From: Candidatus Cloacimonadales bacterium
GTDB taxonomy: Bacteria > Cloacimonadota > Cloacimonadia > Cloacimonadales > JAFGVF01
Assembly: GCA_963663475.2 (NCBI GenBank)
Contig: CAXXJV010000001.1
Span: forward strand, 416,001-480,000
Reading direction: 5' to 3'
DNA: 64,000 bases
The first letter of the stretch is position 1, and the number at the start of each line of letters is the position of its first letter. The position numbers and the translations under genes are program-made. The notes under the pieces were generated by a model. The model was not told the DNA's origin. It did no database searches and saw only the letters and a list, made by a program, of their open reading frames with translations. Below, piece after piece: positions 10,104 to 19,875 of the stretch.

Positions 10104-11108
10104 TTACTCTAATTCTTCTAACTCATCAATTAGGTTATCTAACTCTGACTGTTTTTTCAATTCAGCTTCTCTTAATGCTCTAATTTGTTCTAAGATACTA
10201 GAACCAGTACCTTGGTTTGTATTAGTTTCAAGGTTCTGTCTTTGGGTTCTAACTCTTTCAGGATTTGCTTCAAAAACACCTTGTTTAGTAGCTTTAGAGT
10301 CTGCCCAACGTGTAATTCTGTATTGGATATTGAAAGCCATTTTTAGGTTGTCTTGATTTTCCTTAATAAACTCTTCAATTTCAATAATAGAGTATTGAAG
10401 GGCTAGGTTATTCCAGTTATATTTAGCACCGAAGTTAATGGCATGACCACTTTGTTCAGCGAAAACACTGAAATTGTTCTTAGGGAAAAGAGCAGTTGGA
10501 TAGTATTCAAAAGTTCCAAAGAGTCCGTTAAAGTCTTGAGCAAGATCTCTTTGTCCTACGAAACGATTAGTTCCGAGTCCAACGGTAACATATAGTTGCA
10601 TATCTCCTAAAATGTTAACATCTCTAAGAGCCCATGATTTAGTTGCAGCAACGTAGAAAGAGTTCTTTTCATAAGTAGTTGCTTGTGGGATATCTGCCCA
10701 ATCTTCAAAGTCTTCGTCTTCATAATCAACAGCGTCAGTACCAACTTTTGAGAAGAGGTTATCGACACCTAGGGTAATACCTGGGTATTCAAAAGTTTCT
10801 TGAACTAATTGATATTTGAAGTTAGCATAAAAAACTTCATCTCCTGTATATACAAAACCTAATTCTGCTCTATCGAAAAGTCCGTATTTAGCTTGAATAA
10901 CGTAATTGTATTCATAATCAGCAGGGTCAGTAGATCCTTGTTCTAAACCGTCTCTTAAATATGATGCAAAATTGACTGAGATTTGATTTGCAGGCATAAC
11001 AAAACCGTCAGGCACATCAATATTGCCTAGGGTTCCAAATGGAACAGCTACAAGAGCATTAATACAAAGTAAAACACTCATAATAAGTAAAATTTTTTCT
11101 CTCATCAC
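10104..11108 (-). CDS. Putative outer-membrane beta-barrel, YjbH-like, with C-terminal coiled coil
   Basis: Signal peptide, GTLGNIDVPDGFVMP YjbH-like start, alternating aromatic beta-strands, helical acidic tail; RBS AAGGAG. Confidence 0.65.
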   Translation of the reverse strand: MMREKILLIMSVLLCINALVAVPFGTLGNIDVPDGFVMPANQISVNFASYLRDGLEQGSTDPADYEYNYVIQAKYGLFDRAELGFVYTGDEVFYANFKYQLVQETFEYPGITLGVDNLFSKVGTDAVDYEDEDFEDWADIPQATTYEKNSFYVAATKSWALRDVNILGDMQLYVTVGLGTNRFVGQRDLAQDFNGLFGTFEYYPTALFPKNNFSVFAEQSGHAINFGAKYNWNNLALQYSIIEIEEFIKENQDNLKMAFNIQYRITRWADSKATKQGVFEANPERVRTQRQNLETNTNQGTGSSILEQIRALREAELKKQSELDNLIDELEELE

Positions 11109-11200
11109 AATTTCTCCTTTATGTACACTTAATCGTTAATAATCAAGTTTTTTTGAATTTTCTTTTTTTAGTCATTTTCACTCATCTCTAATTAAATGAA

Positions 11201-11218
11201 TTGACAAAATAGAGTCAA
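11201..11218. promoter_or_regulatory. Overlapping divergent -35-like boxes (TTGACA on +, TTGACT on -) between the motor operon and yraN
   Basis: TTGACAAAATAGAGTCAA, with inverted TTGAC/GTCAA, in the divergent intergenic region. Confidence 0.4.
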
Positions 11219-11235
11219 GCTTTTTTTTTCATTTT

Positions 11236-11628
11236 ATGAATAAATCTAACAAGAACAAAATATTTGGTAAATTAGGTGAAAGTTTAGCAAGTAGTTATTT
11301 AGCAAAAAATGGCTTTGTAATAGTAGAGAAGAACTTTCGTTGTTTTTCTGGCGAGATAGATATTATTGCACAAAAAGAAGATTTATTAATAATTGTTGAG
11401 GTCAAATCTAGAAAAAATATTGATAGTGATGAGACCATGCTATCTATTACAAAGTCTAAGCAAAGAAAAATAAGCCGAGCTACTGCTGATTTCATAGATA
11501 AGAACCAGCAGTATTCGGACAATTTTATCAGGTTTGATATAATAACAGTTATCAAGCATCCTTACTTGGATGAGTATTCAATCAATCATTATGAAGATGC
11601 TTTCTCTTATATTGCAGATGAAAGGTAA
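11236..11628 (+). CDS. yraN: YraN/UPF0102 family endonuclease-like protein
   Basis: GKLGESLA, NFRCFSGEIDII, VEVKSR, RFDII motifs. Confidence 0.92.
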   Translation: MNKSNKNKIFGKLGESLASSYLAKNGFVIVEKNFRCFSGEIDIIAQKEDLLIIVEVKSRKNIDSDETMLSITKSKQRKISRATADFIDKNQQYSDNFIRFDIITVIKHPYLDEYSINHYEDAFSYIADER

Positions 11629-11725
11629 GCAGGAATCCATAATTATTCTTGGTAAAAACACAGAATTATGAATGATTTATTTTTTCCTATCTTAAAAAAT
11701 CTTCATCCAGCAGTGTGTAATTCTT

Positions 11726-13114
11726 TTATTTAAGTCTTTCTACATCAAAATCTTGACCGAGGTAGAATTTATAATCTGCAGAGACATTAATATCGTTATC
11801 ATTATAAACATATATTAACTTATGCCCGTTGTTCATATTTACATCAAAGAAGGTGTAGCTAGCTAATTTTTTTGTAGCATATCTCCAGATTTCGTATTCC
11901 TTATCATTGAAAACAGCTCTTCTTTCCAATAGAGCGTCAGCATCATACTTATCAGTTGCATCTAACTCGCCAACCATAAATTTTTCAATATCATCAGGAG
12001 GACCGTACAAGATATAAATTTTGCCTCTATCAGAAGCCCAGCCTGGTTTATGATGGGAGAATTTTTGATTTGAGTAATCAATTCTTTCTTTTAGGGTAGA
12101 GATAAGCATTTCAGGGGTGATAGCCTGGGAATTAGCATATCTTTCCCAGAATTTATTTATTTCTTGTCTTTTCCTAGAGGAAGTGAAGGCATCCCAAGAA
12201 CTTTGAGTATTAGAATAGCCAAAATATCTCATAAGCTTAAATTCATCATCGCGATTATCAAATATGTAATAAGTTTCACCAGGGTAATCTGAGATTGAGA
12301 AATCAGTATAAGTCCTATTGTTTTCAACTTGGTTAAGTGATTTTACGGTAACATAATAGATGCCTTTAGGTAACTTTTGAATGTTAATAGCTTGGGTAAT
12401 GTTAGCTGTTTCTGAATTACTTAATCCACTTTTCTGCATAAAATCGACTTGCTGATCAAAAGAATCTTTTACTTCAATTATGTAGTCATATTTCCACTGA
12501 GATTTGGAGTGTCTTGTTAGACCTTGTAATTGAAAGTAGGCATAAAGACTATCAATAGTCTCTTTATAAAATATTCTTGAAGGGTTGGATTTATAAAGTT
12601 TTTTACCTCTATACATATATTTAAACTTATCATTAACTTGTGTGCTGACATAGTCATTTAGTTCAACATCACTAATATAGCGGTCATTAATTAGCTTAAG
12701 GTCTTTTTGGAAGATATAGGTATCTTTACTTACCATATCAATAAATTTCATTTCCAAGGTATTGCCCGAGCTGGGGTAATCAAAGCTATATCTATCGATA
12801 TGTTCACGAGTTTTGGATTCAATATCTTTTAGATCAGAGACAATAATTTGTTCAGCAAAAGCCTCCTGGTGGAGTATTTTATTACTATTGTATATTTTAA
12901 CTTCAATTCTTAACCCTGCAATAGCTCCACTCTTATCTTCGTTAATTTTAAAAGTAAGGTCTTGATATTTCACAGAATAGTTAACATCAATAATGGTGCG
13001 TTGATTTGCATCAAAAAAGTTAAGACCTTCAACACTAATATTCAAGTTCTTTGCCCAAGACATTGCTATCATTGATAATAGCACTAATAAAATGAATGTT
13101 TTTTTAGAAATCAT
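11726..13114 (-). CDS. GWxTD domain-containing exported protein
   Basis: FW...RIDYSNQKFS...GWASDRGKIYILYGPPD; likely start MISKKTFILL at 13114, which gives a signal peptide. Confidence 0.85.
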   Translation of the reverse strand: MISKKTFILLVLLSMIAMSWAKNLNISVEGLNFFDANQRTIIDVNYSVKYQDLTFKINEDKSGAIAGLRIEVKIYNSNKILHQEAFAEQIIVSDLKDIESKTREHIDRYSFDYPSSGNTLEMKFIDMVSKDTYIFQKDLKLINDRYISDVELNDYVSTQVNDKFKYMYRGKKLYKSNPSRIFYKETIDSLYAYFQLQGLTRHSKSQWKYDYIIEVKDSFDQQVDFMQKSGLSNSETANITQAINIQKLPKGIYYVTVKSLNQVENNRTYTDFSISDYPGETYYIFDNRDDEFKLMRYFGYSNTQSSWDAFTSSRKRQEINKFWERYANSQAITPEMLISTLKERIDYSNQKFSHHKPGWASDRGKIYILYGPPDDIEKFMVGELDATDKYDADALLERRAVFNDKEYEIWRYATKKLASYTFFDVNMNNGHKLIYVYNDNDINVSADYKFYLGQDFDVERLK

Positions 13115-14213
13115 ACTCTTCTTCTTTGTTGTATAGTTTGTAGTCTTCGATTCTAGATCGATCATAAAAAATGAAAGTTTTATTTAACCGATAATAGTGC
13201 CAGGTTTGCGTTGGATATCTCCCTACAGGATTATTATCAACACTTATTTCATCAGGTTCACCAAACTTTATATAAATCCTACCACGATCAGTTTGCCAAC
13301 CTTGCTTATAACGGTGAACTGAGAACTTTCTGTCTGCCTGTAAAATCCTATTATAGAAAAGATCTTGCAAACTAGAATTCTGAGATTCTTTAGGATTGTT
13401 AGAAGCCCAAAATTGCAATACTTTCTCAGAATCGGTCCAATTCTTATTACGATTAATTTCCTTCCAAGTTTTATCATTAACAATATATTTTATTTGACTG
13501 AGTTGGTCTTCCCAGCTGTATTTCTTCTGAAAACTATTAAGATATTTTTCCAGTTTAAGTTCTGATTGATATAGGTCATTAGCCAGTTTAAACTCAATAT
13601 AATTGTTAGTAAAATCTTCTATAAGGTAGTCAGCTTTAAGTTTTGTTAAGAGTTCCTTACTTGTAGGAAGTTCACTTACCTTTCTGTTATTTTTAGATTC
13701 ACTAACAAATTTTAATGTCTGAGTTTCAGTTTCATACAACTGGTAGAGATAGATATTATTGGAAGTTTCAATATCTTCCCAAGAAAGGACTTCCATATAG
13801 ATATTTTCCATTTTTTTCACTAAGTACAAAGCTGAAAAGTGTTGATTTTTTTCTACAAAAAACTCAAATTTTTCTTCTTTTTTATCATTTCTTAGCTTGT
13901 TGTTTAATTTTAGAAAAGCTGTATATTGGCCAGGTTCTACTTGTGTTTTCAAGAAGAATATCAAACGTTGGTTATTCTCAAGTTTATCAGACTTTAATTC
14001 AATATCTTCTTTTGCTAAATAGACTGATTTATTATTCTCATCAAAGAGCTCGAAAATCATCCGATAAGCAATTTCACCTTTCTTACTAAAAAGATCATTG
14101 CTGTCTATTCTCAGAGTAAGAAGAGTCTCATCACCTACCAATTGCGGGCTAAGATCAGCTGCAAATAAGAGATTGACTAGCAAGAAAAAGATTATCATCA
14201 AAGCTACTTTCAT
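13104..14213 (-). CDS. GWxTD domain-containing exported protein
   Basis: FW...RILQADRKFS...GWQTDRGRIYIKFGEPD; signal peptide; ATGA overlap with dnaE. Confidence 0.88.
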   Translation of the reverse strand: MKVALMIIFFLLVNLLFAADLSPQLVGDETLLTLRIDSNDLFSKKGEIAYRMIFELFDENNKSVYLAKEDIELKSDKLENNQRLIFFLKTQVEPGQYTAFLKLNNKLRNDKKEEKFEFFVEKNQHFSALYLVKKMENIYMEVLSWEDIETSNNIYLYQLYETETQTLKFVSESKNNRKVSELPTSKELLTKLKADYLIEDFTNNYIEFKLANDLYQSELKLEKYLNSFQKKYSWEDQLSQIKYIVNDKTWKEINRNKNWTDSEKVLQFWASNNPKESQNSSLQDLFYNRILQADRKFSVHRYKQGWQTDRGRIYIKFGEPDEISVDNNPVGRYPTQTWHYYRLNKTFIFYDRSRIEDYKLYNKEEEYDF

Positions 14214-17200
14214 TCAAGACTTCCTTGGATAGAGTAAGGAATATTCTTTTTACTCCAGAAATTACAAAAATCAGAACAAGGATCAACAGTAAATTCCTGA
14301 GACAAGAGGACAACATCATCCCATTCTTCAGTTTCAACAATGAACTTTAAGTAGTGTTTGCCTTTATAAGTCTTGATAACATCTAAATAGTTACTTTTAA
14401 CTATATTAGCTAGCCCTTCACGAGATATATTGATAGTAATTTCACCACCAATTTCCTGTCTAAATTCTTGATATGGCTTGATAACATTGGGATTTAACTT
14501 TAATAGAACATCATCATTGTTAAAGTTACTTTGACTGCCAATAATAGCGTAGATTTCACCTTCAATAAGTTTATCATAATATTCATTAAATCTCTCTTTA
14601 TAAAGGGTAATTTCGAATTTACCTTTGAGGTCTTCAAAACTAATAACTCCATAGTAATCTCCACTTTTGGCTTTCTTCTTGATTTTATTAGTCATAATCC
14701 CTACAATTATAGCTTTACTAGGAACTCCCATCTTTTGAGCTGGATATTGAGAATCTACATTAACTATACTTTCAATAATAGCTCTCTTTTCTTGTAGGGG
14801 ATGGCCAGAAACATAGAAACCAAGAACTTCTTTTTCTCTTCTTAATTTCTCTTTCTGATTCCATTCAGCTACTTTTTTTAGCTGAGGATAATAATCTGTT
14901 GCCTCCTCTTCATTGTCCATTAAGTCAAAAAGAGTCATCTGATCTTTACTCTTTTGGCAAGAAGTAGAATAATCTAAGGCATCAGCAATAGCTAACCATT
15001 TCTGAGCTCTATTACCTTCTAAGGAATCAGCTGCCCCTGAAGCAATCAGACTTTCAAGAGTTGTCTTATTTACTGCACTACTATTCAACCTACTACTTAG
15101 GTCAAATAAGGATGAAAAAGGACCATCAAGTGATCTATTTTCTAGAATCTCTTTAATAGCTGCTGCCCCAACATTCTTAATACCTCTTAAGCCAAACTGA
15201 ATTTTGTTACCTTTTACAGTAAACTCTTCTTCCGAATTATTTATATCTGGAGGATCTACCTCAATATTCATTTTCTTACATTCTTCAATAAAATAAGGTA
15301 TTTTAGCTGGGTCTTCTTCCAATGAAAGAATAGCAGCCATAAATTCAACAGGATAATGAGCTTTAAGATAGGCTGTTTGAAAAGATATAAAAGCATAACA
15401 AGCAGCGTGACTTTTATTAAAAGCGTAATTCGCAAATTCTAACCAGTTATCCCAAATTTTCTTTATTGTAGCCTCAGGAACTCCATTCTTAAGAGAGCCT
15501 TCCTGGAATTTGATAAACATTTCAGCCATCATATCCAATTTTTTCTTACTAATAGCCTTTCTTAAAACACCTGCTTCAGCACTGGTGAAGTTACCCATCA
15601 CCTTAGAAATCTGCATGACCTGCTCTTGATAAACAGTAACTCCATAGGTTTCTTCTAATGAAGAACGGGTTAACTCGTGGTCATAAACTATATCTTCTTT
15701 GCCATGTTTTCTATTAATATAGGTATCAATAAACTGCATTGGACCAGGTCTATATAGGGCAACCATGGCAATTAAATCTTCAAATTTATTCGGCTTGAGT
15801 TTTGAAAGATATTTCTTCATTCCTGGAGATTCAAACTGAAAAACACCATCAGTTAAACCTTTAGAAAGAAGCTTGAAAGTTTCCTTATCCGTGATATCAA
15901 CATTCTCAATATCTATATCAATTGCTTGAGACTCTTTTACATACTCTTTAGCTTTCTGAATTATAGTTAGAGTTTTCAAACCTAAGAAGTCCATCTTGAG
16001 AAGCTTCAAATCATCTAACCATTTTCCTTCATACTGCACTAAAACAGCATTCTCCCCTGTCTTTTGAGAAGATACTGCTAAAGGAACATAATTGCTTAAA
16101 TCATCAGGACCAATCACAACCCCTGCGGCATGAATACCAGTCTGCCTTATCAAGCCTTCTAAAACTTTACTATCTCTTAAGATTCTCTTATAGGTTTCAT
16201 TACTCTCCATGAGATACCTAAAATCATCAGACTCCTTCACAGCCTTATCAAGAGTCATCTTAGGATTACTAGGTATCAGCTTAGTCATTTTAGCAGCATC
16301 TTGTGGACTAACATCCATTACTCGAGCTACATCCTTGATAATTGATTTTGCTCCAAGTTTTCCAAATGTAATAATTTGAGTAACACTCTCTCGTCCATAC
16401 TTTTCCACAACATAATCTATGACTTTACTTCTGCCTTTAGCACAAAAATCTATATCAATATCGGGCATTCCTACACGTTTTAAATCAAGAAATCTTTCAA
16501 AGAGAAGCCCATACCTTAATGGATCAAGCTGAGTAATATCTAGGGTATAAGCAACAATTGAACCTGCAGCTGAACCACGACCTGGTCCAACTGGTATACC
16601 CATTTCCCTAGCCTTATCCATGAAATCTTTAACAACTAGGAAATAACCATCATACCCCATCTTATTGATAATACCTAATTCAAAATTAATCCTTTCCTCA
16701 ATTTCAGGTGTAATTTCAGGATACTTCCTTTTAGCACCTTCATAACATAAACCCCGCATATAATCAGCCATATCCTTGTATTGTTCAGGAACATCAATCT
16801 TAGGGAAAAGAAAATTATCATAGTTTAACTGAAGATCTATCATATCTGCAATCTTCTGAGTATTATCATAGGCTTCAGGCAGATTAGGAAACAAGACCCT
16901 CATCTCTGCTTCACTTTTAAAATAGAGATCCTGAGTTTCATATTTCATTCTATCAGGATCATCAAACTTTTTACCAGTCTGGATGCATAGCAAAACATCA
17001 TGAGCTTCAGCATCTTCCTTATCCAGATAATGGCAATCATTAGTTACAACTAATGGAGTATCTGTCTCTTGTGCTAATTCAATCAGCTGTGGCATCACCT
17101 TTCTTTCTAATTCAAGTCCATGATCTTGCAGTTCTAAATAAAATCTTCCTGGAAAAATATCTTTGTATTCTTGTAAGGCTTCTAGAGCTCCTTCATAATC

Positions 17201-17644
17201 TTCATCAAGTAATTTGCGAGGAACTTCCCCTTGAATACAAGCTGAAAGAGCTATTATACCTTCATTGTACTTTTGCAGGTCTGCTTTTATCATTCTAGGT
17301 TTGTAATATAGGCCCTCAGTAAAGGAATGGGATGATAGCTTAATCAAATTCTTATAACCTTGTAGGTTCATAGCAAGTAGGACTAGATGATAACGTTTTT
17401 TATGCTTGCTATCACTGTCATCATAATTGCCATTTATCACATAGGCTTCAGTACCAATTATTGGTTTAATGCCTGCAGCCTTTGCCTTGTTGTAAAATTC
17501 AATAGTCCCAAACATGTTACCATGATCTGTCATTGCTACTGCATTCATTCCTAGCTTAACAGCTTTATTAATCATTCTATCTATTCTACATGCACCATCT
17601 AGCAAGCTATATTGCGTATGGTTGTGTAGATGTACAAAAGACAT
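14210..17644 (-). CDS. dnaE: DNA polymerase III alpha subunit
   Basis: PHP HLHNHTQYSLLDG, GPGRGSAAGS, MPDIDIDF, KMDFLGL, YAFNKSH. Confidence 0.98.
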   Translation of the reverse strand: MSFVHLHNHTQYSLLDGACRIDRMINKAVKLGMNAVAMTDHGNMFGTIEFYNKAKAAGIKPIIGTEAYVINGNYDDSDSKHKKRYHLVLLAMNLQGYKNLIKLSSHSFTEGLYYKPRMIKADLQKYNEGIIALSACIQGEVPRKLLDEDYEGALEALQEYKDIFPGRFYLELQDHGLELERKVMPQLIELAQETDTPLVVTNDCHYLDKEDAEAHDVLLCIQTGKKFDDPDRMKYETQDLYFKSEAEMRVLFPNLPEAYDNTQKIADMIDLQLNYDNFLFPKIDVPEQYKDMADYMRGLCYEGAKRKYPEITPEIEERINFELGIINKMGYDGYFLVVKDFMDKAREMGIPVGPGRGSAAGSIVAYTLDITQLDPLRYGLLFERFLDLKRVGMPDIDIDFCAKGRSKVIDYVVEKYGRESVTQIITFGKLGAKSIIKDVARVMDVSPQDAAKMTKLIPSNPKMTLDKAVKESDDFRYLMESNETYKRILRDSKVLEGLIRQTGIHAAGVVIGPDDLSNYVPLAVSSQKTGENAVLVQYEGKWLDDLKLLKMDFLGLKTLTIIQKAKEYVKESQAIDIDIENVDITDKETFKLLSKGLTDGVFQFESPGMKKYLSKLKPNKFEDLIAMVALYRPGPMQFIDTYINRKHGKEDIVYDHELTRSSLEETYGVTVYQEQVMQISKVMGNFTSAEAGVLRKAISKKKLDMMAEMFIKFQEGSLKNGVPEATIKKIWDNWLEFANYAFNKSHAACYAFISFQTAYLKAHYPVEFMAAILSLEEDPAKIPYFIEECKKMNIEVDPPDINNSEEEFTVKGNKIQFGLRGIKNVGAAAIKEILENRSLDGPFSSLFDLSSRLNSSAVNKTTLESLIASGAADSLEGNRAQKWLAIADALDYSTSCQKSKDQMTLFDLMDNEEEATDYYPQLKKVAEWNQKEKLRREKEVLGFYVSGHPLQEKRAIIESIVNVDSQYPAQKMGVPSKAIIVGIMTNKIKKKAKSGDYYGVISFEDLKGKFEITLYKERFNEYYDKLIEGEIYAIIGSQSNFNNDDVLLKLNPNVIKPYQEFRQEIGGEITINISREGLANIVKSNYLDVIKTYKGKHYLKFIVETEEWDDVVLLSQEFTVDPCSDFCNFWSKKNIPYSIQGSLE

Positions 17645-17832
17645 AAATTCTCCCTCATCTTTTTTATATAATATTAAAATTGCTCTTGCTTTACTGTCAA
17701 TAAAATTTATCTTTTTCTCTTTTTTATAAGCTAAGCTTACTCTTAACAGGTATTTTTTAAGTATTACTTAATTTTTCTTGACAAATTATTACTGGCAGGT
17801 ATTTTTTACTTATTAACTTTAAGGGAGATAAT

Positions 17833-18312
17833 ATGGAAGCAAAAATTGTTGAATTACCTAAACTCTATTTTATTGGCTTAAAAGCACAACTAACTATGAA
17901 AGAAACAGACACTATTTGCCCTGCACTCTGGAGTGATTTAATGTCTCAATCCCAAGATTTAGATGGGAATGAGGAATTAATGTGCATAGCTGCTTGCCTA
18001 GCACCAGAGAATTGTGGAGAAAACGATACCTTTACTTATATGGCTGGTTTTGCTTCTGATAAAGCTATTCCTCCTCGCCCAGGCTTTATTTCTCATGAGA
18101 TTTCTGCCTGTACTTATGCTGTTTTTACCCATAAAGGTTCTGTTATGAACATGGGTGAAACTTATGATTATGCCTATAAAACATGGCTACCTAATAGTAA
18201 ATACCAAGTTAAGTGGCATGAAGATTTAGAACATTATGATAGCAGATTTAACCCTGAAAATAGTGAAAAATCTGAAATGGATATTTATATCCCAATTCAA
18301 GAAAAGAAATAA
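17833..18312 (+). CDS. GyrI-like small-molecule-binding (AraC effector) domain protein
   Basis: YAVFTHKG, TWLPNS, EHYDSRF, MDIYIPI. Confidence 0.88.
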   Translation: MEAKIVELPKLYFIGLKAQLTMKETDTICPALWSDLMSQSQDLDGNEELMCIAACLAPENCGENDTFTYMAGFASDKAIPPRPGFISHEISACTYAVFTHKGSVMNMGETYDYAYKTWLPNSKYQVKWHEDLEHYDSRFNPENSEKSEMDIYIPIQEKK

Positions 18313-18408
18313 TATTTGGATCAAATCCAATAAAATACTAGATTTTTCCAACTCCAACCCCTTCATCTACTAAAAGAGAAATGTGCATTTCTTACTTAGT
18401 GGATTTAG

Positions 18409-18440
18409 TCCTCCTCCTCCCGAGGAGGATTAAGGGGTGA
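18409..18440. repeat. REP-like GC-rich hairpin (TCCTCC...GGAGGA then TTAAGGGGTG)
   Basis: GC-rich palindrome in an AT-rich spacer; loosely related element at ~57134-57190. Confidence 0.45.
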
Positions 18441-18648
18441 TTAAAGCTTTAACAACTAACACAGAGTTAACTTCCCTTTAAGAAGTGATGCCCATAGCAA
18501 TCTATTTATTCTTATCTAGTCAAGAATGAAAAGCTAAAAATTTCCCCAAAATTATCAAATTGTCATTATGCTAATTATGAGCATGATTTTCTCTTGACAC
18601 TATTCTCCTTAATTTTAAGCTAAAGAAAATTATTAAATAGAGGTAATA

Positions 18649-19875
18649 ATGATAGAATATTTAGAATCACTAGTACCAGCAAACTCTTTTTTACCTGGAT
18701 TAGTCAGAGCTTTTATTATCTTAATCTTAGCAGGTGTAATTTATCTATTTTCTAGATTAGCAATGAAGATTGTCCATAAGATTATTATAAAGAGTAAGGT
18801 AACTTGGGACGACTACATGATCAAGAGAAATGTCATTTCAAGCTTAGTTCCCATTCCTGCCCTTCTCTTTCTTTATCAATTTACTTCTTATTTTCACTAT
18901 AGTGGTAAGTTCCTAGCTAAGTTAGTGTCTTCCTTAGTTATCGTTGTAATGCTAATCTTCTTCAATAACCTGTTAACAGCTCTAAATGATATTTATAAAA
19001 GACTAGAGATCTCTCGAGGAAAATCTATCAAAGGCTTCATTCAAGTCTTCATGATAATTCTTTATATACTAGGTTTTCTAATAATCGTATCAATTTTCAT
19101 AAACACTAATCCTCTTGTTTTAATTAGTGGTTTAGGAGCTATGACAGCTGTATTAATGTTAATTTTTAAAGACACTATTCTCTCCTTTGTTGCCAGTGTG
19201 AGAATTACGACTAGTGATATTATTAAAATAGGTGATTGGTTAGAAGTACCAAAATTTGGAGCAGATGGTGATGTTGTCGACATATCACTCTATAATATCC
19301 AGATCCAGAATTGGGATAAAACTATTACTAACATACCTACCTATAAGTTAATTGATGATTCTTTTAAGAACTGGCGAGGTATGCAGGAAGCTGGTGGCCG
19401 TAGAATCATGAGAAAGATTGTCTTAGATATTTCAAGTGTTAAATTCTGTGATGACCAAATGCTTGCTAAATTCGAGAAAATTAACTATCTCAAGGATTAT
19501 ATTGAGCAAAAGAAAAAAGAATTAGCAGACTATAATCAGAAGCATAATATAGATGATTCTGTCCTTGTAAATGGTAGAAGAATGACTAATCTAGGTACTT
19601 TTAGAGCATATGTGGCTAACTACCTAAAACACCATCCATATGTCCATAAAGATCTGATCTTTCTAATCAGACAATTAGAAGCTGAAAAAGATGGTATCCC
19701 TCTCCAGATCTATGTCTTTGTTAATCAAACTGCCTGGGTTAAATATGAAGATATTCAGTCTGATATCTTTGACCATTTACTAGCTGTTGTTCCTGAGTTT
19801 GGACTTAGAATCTTCCAAAACCCTTCTAGCTATAATTTTGAAAAGATAGCAGAAAATCTCATTAAGGATAAATAA
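18649..19875 (+). CDS. Mechanosensitive channel, MscS family (YbdG/MscM-like)
   Basis: LGAMTAVLMLIFKDTILSFVAS, GADGDV, QNWDKTIT, NWRGMQEAGGRRI. Confidence 0.93.
   Translation: MIEYLESLVPANSFLPGLVRAFIILILAGVIYLFSRLAMKIVHKIIIKSKVTWDDYMIKRNVISSLVPIPALLFLYQFTSYFHYSGKFLAKLVSSLVIVVMLIFFNNLLTALNDIYKRLEISRGKSIKGFIQVFMIILYILGFLIIVSIFINTNPLVLISGLGAMTAVLMLIFKDTILSFVASVRITTSDIIKIGDWLEVPKFGADGDVVDISLYNIQIQNWDKTITNIPTYKLIDDSFKNWRGMQEAGGRRIMRKIVLDISSVKFCDDQMLAKFEKINYLKDYIEQKKKELADYNQKHNIDDSVLVNGRRMTNLGTFRAYVANYLKHHPYVHKDLIFLIRQLEAEKDGIPLQIYVFVNQTAWVKYEDIQSDIFDHLLAVVPEFGLRIFQNPSSYNFEKIAENLIKDK

Noticed and set aside
14210-17644. Intein or split in dnaE
   Set aside because: Normal length, continuous motifs, no intein insertion visible
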